NCBI GenBank assembly: GCA_051117555.1
Contig: JBNPEG010000036.1
Location: forward strand, 1-56,061
Direction of reading: 5' to 3'
From: Elainellaceae cyanobacterium
GTDB taxonomy: Bacteria > Cyanobacteriota > Cyanobacteriia > CAZCXK01
Length of the DNA stretch: 56,061 bases
The number at the start of each line of letters is the position of its first letter. Position 1 is the first letter of the stretch. This document shows, piece by piece, positions 18,625-29,850 of the stretch. Position numbers and translations under genes: made by a program. The notes under the pieces were generated by a model, which had not been told where the DNA came from, searched no databases, and saw only the letters and a list, made by a program, of their open reading frames with translations.

Positions 18625-19206
18625 ATGCTTTCTGATGCTAATGCGCCGTCAAGCACCAGCACTACTGATGAATCTGTCGCCAATGATTTAGCGCTCGTAT
18701 CTCCTGATCGACAGTTTTTACAGCTCTACTTAGAAGCTGAAACACCTGCACTACTTTCAATTCTGCATTTGGTAGAAATTATCTCTATCCCTATGGGGCA
18801 AGTTGTTCCTATCTTTCAGATGCCTCCATGGGTGATGGGTGTTTATAACTGTCGAGGGGACGTGCTGTGGATGGTTGATCTCAACCAATTACTAGGATTT
18901 TCTCCCTGGTATCAGCAGAAGGGCTATATATCGAAGCACACAACCGTGATTGTCCGAAGTCGGTCGAGGAATACCTCATCAGATGCGAATCTGGTACTTG
19001 GTTTAGTTGTCAATCGTGTCGAAGGGATTTTGCTCTGTGATCCAGACTATATTGAGCCCTCCTCACAGTTTGAAAATGTCCATAGTCTGAAGCCGTTCGT
19101 AAGCGGATACTGGACTAAGTCTAATAATCAACTATACCGAATCCTAAATGCAGACGTAATTCTAGATGCCATTCATCCAACGGATCAAGCCTTGAACGCA
19201 TCCTAG
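18625..19206 (+). CDS. cheW: CheW-like adaptor (PixI-like)
   Basis: VPIFQMPPWVMGVYNCRGDVLWMVDL and LGLVV motifs. Confidence 0.92.
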   Translation: MLSDANAPSSTSTTDESVANDLALVSPDRQFLQLYLEAETPALLSILHLVEIISIPMGQVVPIFQMPPWVMGVYNCRGDVLWMVDLNQLLGFSPWYQQKGYISKHTTVIVRSRSRNTSSDANLVLGLVVNRVEGILLCDPDYIEPSSQFENVHSLKPFVSGYWTKSNNQLYRILNADVILDAIHPTDQALNAS

Positions 19207-19288
19207 GTCTGTTTGCATTTCCGTCAATCTGCTTCAGGGTGCTACCACTGCTCACCATTTCTTAAATCAGAAGTTTTGGATTAAACCC

Positions 19289-20257
19289 ATGAAGCGTGTC
19301 TCTCATTATCTTTTCAATCGCATTTCTGTGCTGATCGGGCTTTGCATTTTGCTAGTGATTCCAGCAGCATGTAGCTCAAACAGTAGTTCAACTGGATCGG
19401 CAAATGCGTCTGCTGATGCTCCTACCGATCAAAATTCTGACAATACTGTCCAAGTTGGAGTATTAGTTATTCGTGATATTGAAACATCTCGGCAACAATA
19501 TGAACCGTTAGTTAAATTCTTGTCTGAGAAAACAGGACGTTCATTTATACTTGTTCCTTTAACTCAAGAAAGCCAGTTTCTTGAAGTTGAGCAGGGAAGG
19601 ATTGATTTCGTCATTAGTAACCCCTTGGCTGCTGTTCAGATTCAACGACTTTACGATACTGAGTTTGTTGCAACACAATCTTTGCCAGAAAGCGGGGCTG
19701 AATTTGGCGGGCAAATTGTCGTTAGAAGCGATAGTAACATAACGAGCCTCAATGATCTGAGAGGAAGAAAGGGTGCTTGTGTTTCATTGGAAACAGCAGC
19801 GGCGGGCTGTCTTTTTCAAATCTTGCATTTGCAGCAAAAGGGAATTAATCCTTTTCTGAGCTTTGATAGCTTAAGAGAAATCCCGTCGCAAAATGATATC
19901 GTGCAGTCTGTCTTGAATGGCACAATCGATTTTGGCTTTATTCGAACAGGGCAGATCGAATCAATGGTGAATAGTGGCTTAATTTCTAATGTCGATGAGC
20001 TTCGGGTCTTGGAGGCCCAGCAAGACAACTTTCAGTACGAACACACCACTCGGCTTTATCCCACTTGGCCAATTGCAGCGACAGCCAGTGCGCAACCGCA
20101 GCTTGTAGAAGCTGTGAAGCAGGCTCTATTGGAGATGCCCCCTGACACTCCTGCGTTAGAAGCGGCAGGTGTTGAAAAATTTGTCCCGGCTGCCGATTAT
20201 GCAGCCGTTGACCAACTAATCGAGGAGCTACAGCTAAGGAGTTGGGATGCTAGGTAG
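19289..20257 (+). CDS. PhnD-like (phosphate/phosphite/phosphonate-type) substrate-binding lipoprotein
   Basis: Lipobox PAAC, IVVRSDSNITSLNDLRGRK, DFGFIRTG and T.LYPTWP motifs. Confidence 0.85.
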   Translation: MKRVSHYLFNRISVLIGLCILLVIPAACSSNSSSTGSANASADAPTDQNSDNTVQVGVLVIRDIETSRQQYEPLVKFLSEKTGRSFILVPLTQESQFLEVEQGRIDFVISNPLAAVQIQRLYDTEFVATQSLPESGAEFGGQIVVRSDSNITSLNDLRGRKGACVSLETAAAGCLFQILHLQQKGINPFLSFDSLREIPSQNDIVQSVLNGTIDFGFIRTGQIESMVNSGLISNVDELRVLEAQQDNFQYEHTTRLYPTWPIAATASAQPQLVEAVKQALLEMPPDTPALEAAGVEKFVPAADYAAVDQLIEELQLRSWDAR

Positions 20258-20460
20258 CGTTTGGTTTGTCTTCAGCCGCAATGGCGAGCGATGAAGCGCT
20301 CCGGAAACACAGAACTTTAGCACGGGCGATCGCCCCACTACCAACCTTCATACGCTCTAGCTGGCTAGAGTTGAGCACCGAATGGGGCATTTACCTGCTC
20401 ATACCCAAGAACGTGGGCAAATGAATCATGTTCATCATTGCAAACTCAAAGGTCTAAACC

Positions 20461-23442
20461 ATGACACAGGTTCCCTACAATTCCACAACTAAAGATGCCG
20501 TTAATACGTCTGCTTTGCCCGATTGGGCTGATTCGTCACAGGTGCAAGACACGAGCTTGGGCACGAGCATCGATGCTCAGCAGAATCCGTGGGCCGGGAT
20601 TAACTCGACTCGTTCTGCGACGTTGGGTCGGCAGTTGCTTGCCACTGTCTTACCCCTTACTCTAGCGCCTTTGGCGGTTGCGAGTTTTGCCGGTTATACG
20701 ATTACGCAAAACCGTGTTCAAACTCAGGTAAATGATCAACTAGAAGGACAGGCACTCCTTGCAAGTGGAGGAATTAGCCAAGCGCTCGAAGAAAACCTGG
20801 AGTTGACGGCAGGGTTAGCGACCAATCCGCTGGTGTCTAACCTCACCCAAGCGACAAATGAGATCGTCGAAGCAGATGGACTTCCTCAACGACCAATTGC
20901 ATCATTAGAAAATCAGTTTTCAAGCACCAAACAAATTGAACGAAATCAGGCACTCAATGATTACTTAGCCCGACTCGCAGAAACCGAGGGTCTTAGCGAA
21001 GTAATTTTGACAGAGAGCAACGGTTTAAATGTCGGCTACAGTAGAACGCCGTCTACGTTTGTACAGTATCGGAATACCTGGTGGCAGCAAGGCAAGGCTC
21101 AAGGTCAGTGGATTAGTGACCCAGAATATAACGAAGCAGTTGAAAGTCTCGGTATTTCTCTTAGCCAGCGGGTCGAGGACCCTAGCAGCGGGGAATTTCT
21201 CGGCATTCTCAAAACATTTGTTCCGTCTCAGTCGTTTGGCTTCTTGATGGGATACCTAGATAACGCAGGTATCAGCGGTTCGCAACAGGTGCAGCTTATC
21301 GACATTAGTGCCGGATCTGCTCTGGCGACATTTACCGCAGAGGGGCAAACAATTCCTGAAAGCTTGGACTCCGCACTCCAGATTGTCGGGGGTAGAACCA
21401 TTGCAGAAGTTGCAGCCCGAGCAGTTGAGTCGGTTCGGGGTGTCCAGGTGACGAGCGAAGAAGACCTTGTCACAGAGTTACAGACTGCCTATCCAATTCA
21501 AGATATTCAAGTTAGAGAACTGACATTTGGTGAAGAACAAGGATTTATTATCTCGTTTGACTTTGAAGGGAAGCAGTATGCTGTATCTACCATGCCTCAG
21601 GTTGACTGGGTGGCGATCGCCTCGATTGATATTTCAGAAGTCCGGGCAGAAGGTCGTGGACTCATCGGCATATTTGGTTTGATTGCGGCTGTCCTGGGTG
21701 GTTTGGGAGCATTGGTAACCGTAGGGCTATCAAACCGACTATCATCGCCGCTCATTGATTTGTCAGCCAAGGCTCGACAAGTATCTGCCGGTAATCTGAA
21801 CGTGACTGCGGAACCGAAAGGAACGGCTGAAGCTCAAACTCTTGCTCAAACATTTAACGACCTCGTACTGCGAGTAAAAGGATTCTTAGGAGAACAAACC
21901 CTCAATGCTCAAAAGGCAAACTTGCTGGCTGAAATTACAGGTGCCAACATTGTCAGCTCAGCCGAATTAGGCAGCGTATTTAATCAAGTGGTTGCGGAAG
22001 CCCGCACCATCCTAAATTCGGATCGCGTTGTTGTCTACCAGTTTGATCCAAATTGGAACGGATGGATTGCTGCCGAATCGGTAGAAGCAAATCTGGTCAG
22101 TGCTTATGATCAAGGTCTATCAGATTCGTGCATTCCTGAAGAAACACGTGAAAAATATCTCGCAGATGGCCTCCTCATGGTCAATGATGTTAATGCGGCT
22201 GAGTTTCATCCTGAGCATTTGCAGTTGCTTAGAAATCTGGATGTCCAATCTCTGGTCGCAGTTCCGATTAAAGCCCAAGGACGGCTCTATGGTTTGGTGA
22301 TTGCTCACCACTGTCGGTCGCGTCATAGCTGGCAACCCTCGGAAGTTGATTTTCTCATTCAGTTGGGTCTACAGGTCGGGCTCGTAATCGACCGAGTTCA
22401 GCTACTTGAGCAAACAGAAGCACTCGCTGAAGAACAGCGCCAGATTAAGGAAGGGCTTCAGCGTAATGCGTTGCAGCTTCTAATGGATGTTGATCCGGTG
22501 AGCCAAGGGGACCTGACAGTTCGTGCAAAGGTGACGGAGGATGAGATTGGCACGATTGCTGACTCGTACAACGCGATGATTACAAGTTTGCGGAAGATTG
22601 TATCTCAGGTGAAGACAGCCGCTGAACAAGTGGTAACGACAACGGATACAAACGACCAGTCGGTTCGTGCAATGTCTACCTCTGCGATGCAGCAGGCGGA
22701 TGAGATTGCTGCGGCCCTTGATCAGGCTCAAGAAATGGCAAACTCAGTACGCCAGGTCGCCGAAAATGCGAAGAAAGCTGAATTAGCGGTACAGCAGGCG
22801 TCTCAGACGGTGCAAGAGGGAGACCAAGCAATGAACCGTACTGTAGACGGAATTATGGCGATTCGAGAGACAGTTGCTGAGACGGCTAAAAAAGTGAAGC
22901 GCTTGGGTGAATCGTCGCAGAAAATCTCGAACGTTGTGAACCTGATTAGCGGATTTGCGGCTCAAACCAACATGCTGGCATTGAACGCGTCAATCGAGGC
23001 ATCTCGTGCAGGTGAAGGCGGTAAAGGATTTGCAGTGGTTGCTGAAGAAGTCCGAGAATTGGCTCGCCAGTCTGCGGATGCGACCACCGAGATTGAAAAA
23101 CTGGTCGCCGGAATTCAAGCAGAAACCAATGAGGTGGTCTTAGCGATGGAAACCGGGACAGAACAGGTGGTCAACGGTACAGAACTCGTGGACGAAACCC
23201 GTCAAAGCCTTAACCGAATTACGGCAGCCAGTCAGCAAATTAATATCCTTGTTGAGGCTATTACCCAGGTGACAACGGTGCAGTCTAAGGCGTCTGAAGC
23301 GGTGACAGCCAGTATGACAAACGTAGCGGCGATCGCCAACCGAAATTCTCAAGAAGCCAACCAAGTATCCAGTTCGTTTGAAGAATTAAACGCGGTTGCT
23401 CAAGCCTTGCAGGAAGAGGTGGGTCGATTCAAAGTTAATTGA
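20461..23442 (+). CDS. Methyl-accepting chemotaxis protein: TM-Cache-like-TM-HAMP-GAF-HAMP-MA (PixJ-like)
   Basis: GAF ([18 protein letters not shown]) and MA signature [31 protein letters not shown]. Confidence 0.95.
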   Translation: MTQVPYNSTTKDAVNTSALPDWADSSQVQDTSLGTSIDAQQNPWAGINSTRSATLGRQLLATVLPLTLAPLAVASFAGYTITQNRVQTQVNDQLEGQALLASGGISQALEENLELTAGLATNPLVSNLTQATNEIVEADGLPQRPIASLENQFSSTKQIERNQALNDYLARLAETEGLSEVILTESNGLNVGYSRTPSTFVQYRNTWWQQGKAQGQWISDPEYNEAVESLGISLSQRVEDPSSGEFLGILKTFVPSQSFGFLMGYLDNAGISGSQQVQLIDISAGSALATFTAEGQTIPESLDSALQIVGGRTIAEVAARAVESVRGVQVTSEEDLVTELQTAYPIQDIQVRELTFGEEQGFIISFDFEGKQYAVSTMPQVDWVAIASIDISEVRAEGRGLIGIFGLIAAVLGGLGALVTVGLSNRLSSPLIDLSAKARQVSAGNLNVTAEPKGTAEAQTLAQTFNDLVLRVKGFLGEQTLNAQKANLLAEITGANIVSSAELGSVFNQVVAEARTILNSDRVVVYQFDPNWNGWIAAESVEANLVSAYDQGLSDSCIPEETREKYLADGLLMVNDVNAAEFHPEHLQLLRNLDVQSLVAVPIKAQGRLYGLVIAHHCRSRHSWQPSEVDFLIQLGLQVGLVIDRVQLLEQTEALAEEQRQIKEGLQRNALQLLMDVDPVSQGDLTVRAKVTEDEIGTIADSYNAMITSLRKIVSQVKTAAEQVVTTTDTNDQSVRAMSTSAMQQADEIAAALDQAQEMANSVRQVAENAKKAELAVQQASQTVQEGDQAMNRTVDGIMAIRETVAETAKKVKRLGESSQKISNVVNLISGFAAQTNMLALNASIEASRAGEGGKGFAVVAEEVRELARQSADATTEIEKLVAGIQAETNEVVLAMETGTEQVVNGTELVDETRQSLNRITAASQQINILVEAITQVTTVQSKASEAVTASMTNVAAIANRNSQEANQVSSSFEELNAVAQALQEEVGRFKVN

Positions 23443-23651
23443 TCGTCTATTGAGTTGGGAATTTAGATCTGCACATGATAGTTGCAGAATCTCTCAATCT
23501 TTACTGTTTTACGTGGGTTCAGAGCACTCAGTCCTGATTGAGGAGAGGCTTTTGGAAGAGAGCGATCGCAGGCAATCCGTGCTTGAACACACTGAATTCC
23601 CAACCCTTCCCCTATGTCCTAATTCCTCTCATCCCAATATCCTGAATAGCC

Positions 23652-26600
23652 ATGTCAATCAACTCTGATATCCGTGACCATGCCTACAAATTCTTCATTG
23701 AAGAAGCCCCTGAGCTACTGCAAAGTATTGAATCTGGCATTCTAACGCTCAGGCAGGAGCGTGATACATCCAAAGTTCACAGTATTATGAGAGCGGCTCA
23801 TTCTATCAAGGGTGGGTCAGCGAGTGTCGGACTCGATGCCATTAAAACGATCGCGCATCGCTTAGAAACAATCTTTAAAGCACTTTATAGCGACAGCATC
23901 GAGATCGATAGTGAGCTCGAAAACCAACTCTTGCTAGCCTATGATTGCTTACGATTGCCGCTCATGGAGCAACTCAGCACAGGTGGGTTTGATACTGAGC
24001 AAACGCTAGCTATTGCAGAGCCTATCTTTGCCCAACTAGAAGCGCAGCTAGGCGATGCAATCACAGAGACAACTGACTTCATTCCCAGTTCAGAAGATCT
24101 GGGAGTCAGTATGGCTCAGTCTATTTTTGAGATCGATGTAGCAGAGGGATTAGATCGGCTTGCAACTGTCATTGAAAACCCTCAGATACATGAAGTAACA
24201 GGTGAATTGAGAGCACAAGCCGAAGTCTTTATTGGCTTTGCCGAACTGCTAAATCTGTCAGGCTTCGCTGCCATTGCTGAAACGGCACTGCAAGCACTCG
24301 ATCAGCATCCCGATCAAGCGATCGATATTGCTCGGCTAGCTCTTGATGATTTTCGTGCAGGGCGTGAAGATGTTCTAACCAACAACACATCTAAAGGAGG
24401 TTCTCCATCCGATCGGCTATTGGCGTTTTTAGGCACGAGCGACACGGGCCTTGACAGGGCTCACGCCAGTGATGTTACACCTAATCTAGAGTTAGACTGG
24501 GTATTAGACGCAGACGACATCACCTCTAATCTGGACGTAGAAGAAGTAGACTGGGAGCCAGACGCAGATGAGATTCCGTCTAATCTAGAGTCAGAAGGCA
24601 CAGAGGAAGAATGGACATCTGACGAGATCGGCGACATTTTGGATCAGCTGGGTGATGATGTTGATCGGGTCCAAGTGTTATCTGATTTGGGGTTACTTGA
24701 TGATCAAACTGAAGTAGGAAACGCAAAACCATTCTCAGCCGAAACAGTATCAGCTCAGCTAGATCAAGTTTTGGGCAGTTTTGGTATTGTTGCAAATCCA
24801 TCTCCTGCGGACTCATCACATTCACCCGATGAACTCTCGATACCAGCAAATACAGATCCTCTATCTGCTGATCGAGATCCTTCAGATGCAGAGATTGAAA
24901 TACCCAAATCTGACCCTGTTGCGTCTCCGGAAGGGACTACGTCAGAAATACCGGCTCCTAAACCCCGATCGCCCCAATCCACCCTATCAACGGAGCCCGT
25001 GGTAACCGGGTTGACGGTTCGCGTTGAGGCCGACCGGCTCAATCGTATGAATAACGTGCTAGGTGAGCTGACCATTAACCGAAATGGAATCGATTTACAG
25101 AACAACCAATTACGCGGTTCGGTCAAAGAGCTATTTAATCGGTTTGGACGATTTCAAAGTGCGATTGAAAAACTGCGCACCCTGTCGGATCAAATGCTGA
25201 TCGCACCAGATCGCCGGGGTGCCCACTCTGTACTCGGCGGTAATGGCTCGTCAACTACTAAATCGACCAATCCCCAGACTTCGTTTGATTCCCTGGAAAT
25301 GGATAGCTACACTCAGCTTTATTCACAGACGCAAACGTTGCTTGAAGATATGGTGCAGCTTGAGGAAGCGCTTGAAGATATTTCTCTCTATAGCTATCAG
25401 TCTGATCAGCTCCTGGGACGACATCGTAAGATGCTCTCCCAGATGCAAGATGAGCTAATGTGGGCACGGATGATTCCGCTAGGGGAAATTCTAAATCGAT
25501 TTCCTCGGGTGTTACGAGATCTATCCAATCGGTATCAAAAGCCGGTCAATCTTAAGCTGACGGGCACAGACATCTTAGTTGATAAGGCGGTTTTAACCAA
25601 GCTCTATGATCCTCTTGTTCAGCTACTTCGAAATAGCTTCGATCATGGCATTGAGCCAGCTCATATCAGACAGCAACAGGACAAGCCAGAGGAAGGAAAC
25701 GTTGAGATCAGAGCCCGATATGAAGGGCGTCAAGTCGTCATTGAGGTGTATGACGATGGGCAAGGATTAAATTTTGAACAAATTCGCGATCGCGTCGTTG
25801 AGTTGGGTTGGCTGACTGAGGCAGAGGCTAAAAACGCCAGTGAGGCGCGCCTTAGCACCTTCATATTCGAACCTAGTTTCTCAACAGCCAAACGCGTTAG
25901 TGAACTGTCTGGGCGAGGAGTAGGGCTAGATATCGTACAAGCTCAGATACAGTTGCTAAACGGTAAGATTTCAGTTGCTTCTTCACCGGGTCAGGGCACC
26001 ACATTCACCCTGACACTCCCGTTAACGTTAACCATTATTAACTTGTTGATTTGCTTTGTGGGTTCTACTCCACTAGCAATTCGCAGCGATAGTATTCAAG
26101 AAGTTTTAATTCCAAAACCGGCTCAAGTTCGACAAACAAGTTCTCAAAAATTCTTAAGGTGGCAAGAGCAAGAGATTCCGGCTTATAACTTATCAGATCT
26201 ATTACATTACAATTGCCTAATCCCTGAAATTCCGCCCAGTCGAGTGTTAGCGACAGTACCGACCCCAACAAACTGGGAAGCTCCTATGCTAGTGCTAATG
26301 AGGGGAAGACAAGCCTTCGCACTCCAAATTGATCGCCTGGTGACTGAACAAGAATCGGTTGTGAAGCCGTTCGGCTCTGCAATCACTCCCCCCATCTTTG
26401 CGTATGGTTGTACCGTACTGGGGGATGGTAGCCTCATCCCGGTCATTGATGGACCTGTTTTCTTAGAAGATATGGTGAGCCGCGGCTTGGCTACCATGCC
26501 TGAAGCAACTGAGATAGATGCTTTGGCAACTCTCGCAGAGCAGAATGCGTCAGGCGATCGCGACCAGTCGAATGTCCATAGACTCAAAACGACTACCATC

Positions 26601-26981
26601 CTAGTCGTGGATGATTCAGTTACCTTACGACGCACTCTGGCGCTATCTCTAGAACGAGCCGGATATCGGGTGCTGCAGGCTCGTGATGGTCAAGAAGCGA
26701 TCGAACAGTTAGAGCAAGCTCAATCGACTCAATTGATTATTTGCGATGTGGAAATGCCCAACATGAACGGATTCGAATTTTTAACTCAGCGTCGCGAAAA
26801 TCCAAAATTTGCTAAGATTCCCACTCTCATGCTGACCTCTAGGGGAAGTGAAAAACATCGATGGTTGGCGATGAAGCTCGGTGCAGTCGAATACTTTACA
26901 AAGCCATACCTGGAGCAAGACCTATTAAAGTCAGTGGCAGGGTATGTTGCCGAGTCGCAACCTGCAGAGTTACACCCCTAA
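23652..26981 (+). CDS. cheA: CheA-like hybrid kinase: Hpt-dimerisation-HATPase-CheW-REC (PixL-like)
   Basis: MRAAHSIKG, LRNSFDHGIE, DDGQG, SGRGVGLD motifs and a C-terminal REC domain. Confidence 0.95.
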   Translation: MSINSDIRDHAYKFFIEEAPELLQSIESGILTLRQERDTSKVHSIMRAAHSIKGGSASVGLDAIKTIAHRLETIFKALYSDSIEIDSELENQLLLAYDCLRLPLMEQLSTGGFDTEQTLAIAEPIFAQLEAQLGDAITETTDFIPSSEDLGVSMAQSIFEIDVAEGLDRLATVIENPQIHEVTGELRAQAEVFIGFAELLNLSGFAAIAETALQALDQHPDQAIDIARLALDDFRAGREDVLTNNTSKGGSPSDRLLAFLGTSDTGLDRAHASDVTPNLELDWVLDADDITSNLDVEEVDWEPDADEIPSNLESEGTEEEWTSDEIGDILDQLGDDVDRVQVLSDLGLLDDQTEVGNAKPFSAETVSAQLDQVLGSFGIVANPSPADSSHSPDELSIPANTDPLSADRDPSDAEIEIPKSDPVASPEGTTSEIPAPKPRSPQSTLSTEPVVTGLTVRVEADRLNRMNNVLGELTINRNGIDLQNNQLRGSVKELFNRFGRFQSAIEKLRTLSDQMLIAPDRRGAHSVLGGNGSSTTKSTNPQTSFDSLEMDSYTQLYSQTQTLLEDMVQLEEALEDISLYSYQSDQLLGRHRKMLSQMQDELMWARMIPLGEILNRFPRVLRDLSNRYQKPVNLKLTGTDILVDKAVLTKLYDPLVQLLRNSFDHGIEPAHIRQQQDKPEEGNVEIRARYEGRQVVIEVYDDGQGLNFEQIRDRVVELGWLTEAEAKNASEARLSTFIFEPSFSTAKRVSELSGRGVGLDIVQAQIQLLNGKISVASSPGQGTTFTLTLPLTLTIINLLICFVGSTPLAIRSDSIQEVLIPKPAQVRQTSSQKFLRWQEQEIPAYNLSDLLHYNCLIPEIPPSRVLATVPTPTNWEAPMLVLMRGRQAFALQIDRLVTEQESVVKPFGSAITPPIFAYGCTVLGDGSLIPVIDGPVFLEDMVSRGLATMPEATEIDALATLAEQNASGDRDQSNVHRLKTTTILVVDDSVTLRRTLALSLERAGYRVLQARDGQEAIEQLEQAQSTQLIICDVEMPNMNGFEFLTQRRENPKFAKIPTLMLTSRGSEKHRWLAMKLGAVEYFTKPYLEQDLLKSVAGYVAESQPAELHP

Positions 26982-27005
26982 GGTGACGGGGTTGGCAATG
27001 ACGGG

Positions 27006-27230
27006 TCGTGCATTAGCGAAATCATGGCGATTCTAGTGCTGTTCCATCAAGTCGGCGATCGCAACTTCAAACATTTCTACCTCAAGCAGGTGGTTGGGCA
27101 CTGACGAGCAGCATTCTTCGGCTTGATGAGCTACAACTGCTCCATAGAATGGATGCCATCAGCGCTTACCCTGTTATGTGGGGATCTCCAGTGTTTTGGG
27201 GATGCAGCGGCATCAGCTTCATCGATTTAA
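27006..27230 (+). pseudogene. IS982-family transposase remnant
   Basis: ISEIMAILVLFHQ..RNFKHFYL..GH*..LMSY..EWMPS, then a frameshift, then CSGISFID. Confidence 0.75.
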
Positions 27231-27255
27231 AGGACTGCAAAAAGGACTGCAAATA

Positions 27256-27308
27256 TGTTCATTCGTGTTACTTTATATATAAATTCATAAAAGTAACACG
27301 AATGAACA
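27256..27308. repeat. 19-bp perfect inverted repeat TGTTCATTCGTGTTACTTT-N15-AAAGTAACACGAATGAACA
   Basis: Directly visible; overlaps the ATG at 27302; core shared with 155-198. Confidence 0.9.
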
Positions 27309-27688
27309 GTTTGCCTCAACTATACGAAGAACTGAACCAACTTCAAGCCGAGGTGATTCAACTTCAGCAGACAGGCGATAGTTTAGAAGGAGTACGATTA
27401 GAATTTACCCCAGCGGGCGGAACTGCCTCAGAAGAATCAAAACAGTGCTGCAAGTATGCCCGCTTACGCGCTGGTAAGGGCAAGCTTTTGAGCAATGGGC
27501 AGAAAAGTCAGTATGTGAAGCTCAGTGAAATTAGCCATTATCAAGGGGCGATCGCACGAGGAAAGCGCCTCAAGCAACTACGCCAAAAAATCAGCCGCGT
27601 ACGAGCCCAGATTGAGCGGGGAGAGAGCATTGCATCACAATTGGGGTTACCTTTACCCAACGCTTCAACCCACGGGAGTATTCAATAA
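27302..27688 (+). CDS. Hypothetical basic coiled-coil protein (128 aa)
   Basis: ORF from MNSLPQL; the upstream in-frame extension belongs to the IS remnant and palindrome. Confidence 0.7.
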   Translation: MNSLPQLYEELNQLQAEVIQLQQTGDSLEGVRLEFTPAGGTASEESKQCCKYARLRAGKGKLLSNGQKSQYVKLSEISHYQGAIARGKRLKQLRQKISRVRAQIERGESIASQLGLPLPNASTHGSIQ

Positions 27689-27723
27689 TGATGCATCATT
27701 ACTTTTTAGTAGGACAGGATCAG

Positions 27724-29673
27724 CTAGATTTCTAAAAGCGATTGAATCTGATTCTGATGTTTGGGTTGAATCGTTCGTTCACCTTTAACCCAGCGTGTGA
27801 TTAGCGATCGATCTACGCCTAAACTCTTAGCTAATTTGGCTCTTGACCACCCTTTGGCATCCAACGCAGCTAGCAATTCCGGCCCCGTGATGACTCTCGT
27901 TCGCTCCAATGACTCATCATCGACTAAAGCGGCGAGTGAAGCAGACTTTTGTTTAGAGCCAGAGGATCGCACAGCCCCTAGCTTTTCCTGAATCATCACA
28001 GTTGGTCTGATGACAACAATCGCCTTCAACCACAAGGGCAACCAGTTACGGGGACGAGTTCTCGACTGACTGGGGTCATCCACCACACTCCAGTCTGGTC
28101 TAATCCCATCTGGATAGGTTTCTGCATCAAACTCGATTTGCCACCCCAACTCATGGAGTGTCAGCAGTGCATTATCCCACTGCGTAATTAGCGCATTCCG
28201 CCGCTGCTTGCTGCTTCGGATTCTTTCGTGCAATTCTTTCGGTTCTAACCTCTCCAGCAGCGTTCCAACTTCATAACGCCCGTCTCGTCGAATACGGCTC
28301 ATAATGGTCAGAAAAATTGCCAGTTTAGACGCTAAACGCTGGCGATACGGATTAATCTGTAGCGTGCTCTTTGCCAGATATCCATACTGGCAGAGGGCTT
28401 CCCTACCACCGTTTAGGTCTTTGGCGTTGAGAAATTTTTCTGTCCAGCTACCAGGGCGTACTTTAATATACAGCTCGTCTGGGTCGCCTGCTTCATATCG
28501 CAACGAACCGGGTTGCTCTGCATCAATCGTTAGCGCAAGTTGCCCCGCATATTCCAGTTCTTCGAGAAGCCACATTGCGCCTCTTGCAACGTTATAGCGG
28601 TTGGAGCCAACGTTAATGTTGCTGATAAAAACGGATAGGCTACATACAAGCTCAACTAAATGACCAATCTTCTTTAGCTTTTGTCCCAACGTAATATCCG
28701 TCCGTTTATCCCAGCCAAAGAGCTTGATTAAATCTGTTCCTCTTAACCGAATCTGTTGTTCCCAGGGCTCGTCAGAATCGGTGGCGTACGATGAAAAAAT
28801 CAGCAGAACATAGGCTGCTTCGGGGCCAAACTGCTGAATAATTTCCCACGCTGCTTTGCCCGGCACGAGTTCAATCTGTTGATTTGACGCACTCTGTCGG
28901 ACGATGTTGTGCTGAATGAAACCATCCCCGACTAGTTTTTTCCAGTAGGGATACTCGCCATCTTCCCACTGACTATTAATGAGCGCCTGTGCCCCAGTTA
29001 ATATCGGATAGCCCGTTGCTACCCGCTCGATTTCTCGTCCCTGGAACAAGGTGGGATCGGTCGTAAAAGCCTCATGGGGGCGAATTCCCAGAAGTTTTTC
29101 AACGTCCTCCACTGAAAAGGCCGACAGATCAAGACCCCGCAACCACTCACTTGCGGTATAAAACGCACAGGCGCTAATCACAATTGATTCTTGCCAAGCG
29201 TCTTCCTCTGGCAAGGTCGGATCAGTTTCAACGGATAGCACTCCAGGAATTGAGCAATCCGACGGCATTCGCCGGGTAGATTTCCACTGATCTAAACGGG
29301 TTAGAATCCAGTTTGCGGTTTGCTCCCAAAAGACGTCTTTTTTAAGCACGGCTTTGAATAACTTCTCCAACCGCGCGATCGCCTGTTTTTGTAATGCTCC
29401 AATCTTCTCGGTTTCACTGTAGAGGTTGATGACATCTACTGTCCCTTGAACCTGCAACCTTAGCTGGCGCAATCGGTGTTGATTGATTCCTGTGGCTACA
29501 TTCACCAACACTAGATTGAGAAATGCCTTGCCGTGGCGTAGCTTTTCTGCATACTCGCTCACCTGCACGGTATCGACCCTCTCCTTCTCGATAGAGAATC
29601 CGGTCTTCTCAGACACCACGACGGCGGAACAAGACTGGGGGCTTCTCTTGTGCTTTGCTACCTTAGGGGGCAT
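27724..29673 (-). CDS. 649-aa plasmid protein with C-terminal XRE-type HTH; candidate replication/iteron-binding protein
   Basis: KGWSRAKLAKSLGVDRSLITRWVKGER HTH; adjacent to the repeat array. Function inferred from context. Confidence 0.75.
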   Translation of the reverse strand: MPPKVAKHKRSPQSCSAVVVSEKTGFSIEKERVDTVQVSEYAEKLRHGKAFLNLVLVNVATGINQHRLRQLRLQVQGTVDVINLYSETEKIGALQKQAIARLEKLFKAVLKKDVFWEQTANWILTRLDQWKSTRRMPSDCSIPGVLSVETDPTLPEEDAWQESIVISACAFYTASEWLRGLDLSAFSVEDVEKLLGIRPHEAFTTDPTLFQGREIERVATGYPILTGAQALINSQWEDGEYPYWKKLVGDGFIQHNIVRQSASNQQIELVPGKAAWEIIQQFGPEAAYVLLIFSSYATDSDEPWEQQIRLRGTDLIKLFGWDKRTDITLGQKLKKIGHLVELVCSLSVFISNINVGSNRYNVARGAMWLLEELEYAGQLALTIDAEQPGSLRYEAGDPDELYIKVRPGSWTEKFLNAKDLNGGREALCQYGYLAKSTLQINPYRQRLASKLAIFLTIMSRIRRDGRYEVGTLLERLEPKELHERIRSSKQRRNALITQWDNALLTLHELGWQIEFDAETYPDGIRPDWSVVDDPSQSRTRPRNWLPLWLKAIVVIRPTVMIQEKLGAVRSSGSKQKSASLAALVDDESLERTRVITGPELLAALDAKGWSRAKLAKSLGVDRSLITRWVKGERTIQPKHQNQIQSLLEI

Positions 29674-29850
29674 GACTCAACCATGTAGAAACTCAATCAG
29701 TATACTTGCAGTTCAACTGGCTAACCGTGAAGCCGTCACCGATTTCGACCTGTGTCAACAGAATTGAAATTCGTCAACAGAGGAATTTGCTTAGTAATGG
29801 ATGAAATGCACGCGTAGCAAGTGCTTAACTCATACATAAAATAGGACAAT

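Noticed and set aside
27149..27301. N-terminal extension of the 179-aa ORF
   Set aside because: Belongs to the IS982 remnant and the palindrome; the start is more likely 27302.
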